64,000 nucleotides of DNA. Origin: a virus (lineage: Duplodnaviria > Caudoviricetes). The stretch spans positions 28,342 to 92,341 of the IMG/VR virus record IMGVR_UViG_3300032219_001867, one strand, 5' to 3'. Shown here piece by piece: positions 63,213-64,000 of this stretch. The position numbers and the translations under genes were made by a program. The notes beneath the pieces were generated by a model. That model was not told where the DNA came from. It ran no database searches and saw only the letters and a list, made by a program, of their open reading frames with translations. Numbering within the stretch: position 1 is the first letter of the stretch; the number at the start of each line of letters is the position of its first letter.

Positions 63213-63412
63213 TGCCACTTACACCAGACCAAGTTGCAGAGTTACAAACTAAGCAGTCATCCTATGGCTGTGGAGCAAATGACTGTTCAGACTGTTATCC
63301 AATCCAGTATGCCTGTTCATGCTGTGACGAATTGTTCGCAAATCCTATCGCTAACAACGAAACCTACCAATGCCCGCTTTGTGGCTGGGTAAACAACGAG
63401 AGAGAGGACTAA
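63212..63412 (+). CDS. Cys-rich Zn-binding protein
   Basis: CSDC, CSCC, CPLC. Confidence 0.6.
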   Translation: MPLTPDQVAELQTKQSSYGCGANDCSDCYPIQYACSCCDELFANPIANNETYQCPLCGWVNNERED

Positions 63413-63417
63413 CAATC

Positions 63418-63513
63418 ATGGCATTTTGCGAACATTGTGGAAACAGACTGTCTTATGAGTCACAGCCCTGTGATTCACCAGCACATAACCGACCCATCGC
63501 TAAAGATAACTGA
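63418..63513 (+). CDS. 31-aa Zn-finger-like protein
   Basis: MAFCEHCG...C...H; conserved start motif. Confidence 0.5.
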   Translation: MAFCEHCGNRLSYESQPCDSPAHNRPIAKDN

Positions 63514-63527
63514 AAGGACTACCAATC

Positions 63528-63788
63528 ATGCCAATCCTACATAAGCCATACGCTGTAAACCGTATCGGGCGATACACCATATCCGTTTTGGACACACTCA
63601 ATGACGAAACCATGCTGTATTCCACAGACGTTCTAGAACGAGCAGAGCGTAGGGCGCAGAGCCTAGTGCGCGTAATGAAGTCTGCCAATGCAGTAATCAC
63701 TATTAGCACTACCGGTGAAGTAGTCTCATACGTCGAAAAGATAAATGACGAAGCAGTTTTGATGCACACCAATGAGGGAGAGGACTAG
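63528..63788 (+). CDS. hypothetical protein
   Basis: conserved start motif. Confidence 0.55.
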   Translation: MPILHKPYAVNRIGRYTISVLDTLNDETMLYSTDVLERAERRAQSLVRVMKSANAVITISTTGEVVSYVEKINDEAVLMHTNEGED

Positions 63789-63793
63789 TAATC

Positions 63794-63937
63794 ATGGCTA
63801 CTAAACCGTGTAACGACTTTGCGCCAGATACTCTCGCCCCTGATGAGGGAGACGGTATTGACTGGACACTCGTTTGTTCGACCTGCCTGTTTCACCGTGA
63901 CGACCACCAACTAGAGAGGACTAGTAATCATGGTTGA
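63794..63937 (+). CDS. 47-aa Zn-finger-like protein
   Basis: C..F...CSTC...H; conserved start motif. Confidence 0.5.
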   Translation: MATKPCNDFAPDTLAPDEGDGIDWTLVCSTCLFHRDDHQLERTSNHG

Positions 63938-64000
63938 TTTTACGTTGGTAGAAGAGTCTCTACAGACTGCTAAGGGTATCGCATACGATACTTGTCATAA
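63930..64000 (+). CDS. hypothetical protein, truncated at window end
   Basis: GAGGACTAGTAATCATG start. Confidence 0.45.
   Translation, partial: MVDFTLVEESLQTAKGIAYDTCH

Noticed and set aside
63838-63900. Hammerhead ribozyme (CTGATGA core)
   Set aside because: No matching GAAA or flanking stems, and it lies inside a plausible ORF
1-64000. Prophage, integrase, alternative genetic code, introns or inteins
   Set aside because: No integrase or host genes seen; core genes are intact and of normal length in the standard code

Overview
64 kb from a large lytic-type, contractile-tailed (myovirus-like) phage. The host is inferred to be an Actinobacterium, probably Microbacteriaceae-like, from actinobacterial-style leaderless promoters, TTGTCCACA/TTATCCACA DnaA boxes, three M23 peptidase domains and the RNR beta type. 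From left to right on the minus strand: (1) replication module at 1-7.8 kb (SSB, MerR-HTH, SNF2 helicase, primase, DnaB helicase, DnaC-like loader, initiator with internal iterons); (2) T4-like baseplate, tape measure, tube and sheath at 8-24 kb; (3) small Lys-rich proteins, neck/fibre genes, capsid, scaffold, portal and terminase at 25-38.6 kb; (4) accessory region at 39-59 kb with tRNA-Asn, a class Ic-type RNR beta, an endolysin, and a cluster of GNAT, ParB-like, ADP-ribosyltransferase-like and HExxH proteins that share short terminal peptide tags. At ~58.9-60 kb the coding strand switches across a non-coding region of 11-bp-phased TCNCAGG repeats. Plus-strand (probably early) units follow, preceded by DnaA-box clusters and encoding small Cys-rich proteins. 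The most notable unannotated items are: a 26-aa minigene resembling the free CxxC C-terminal tail of RNR alpha; DnaA-box plus response-regulator-like repeat modules; the tagged effector-like cluster; a candidate 99-nt structured RNA directly upstream of tRNA-Asn; and a +1 frameshift candidate before the tape measure. All calls come from motif reading; no database searches were run.
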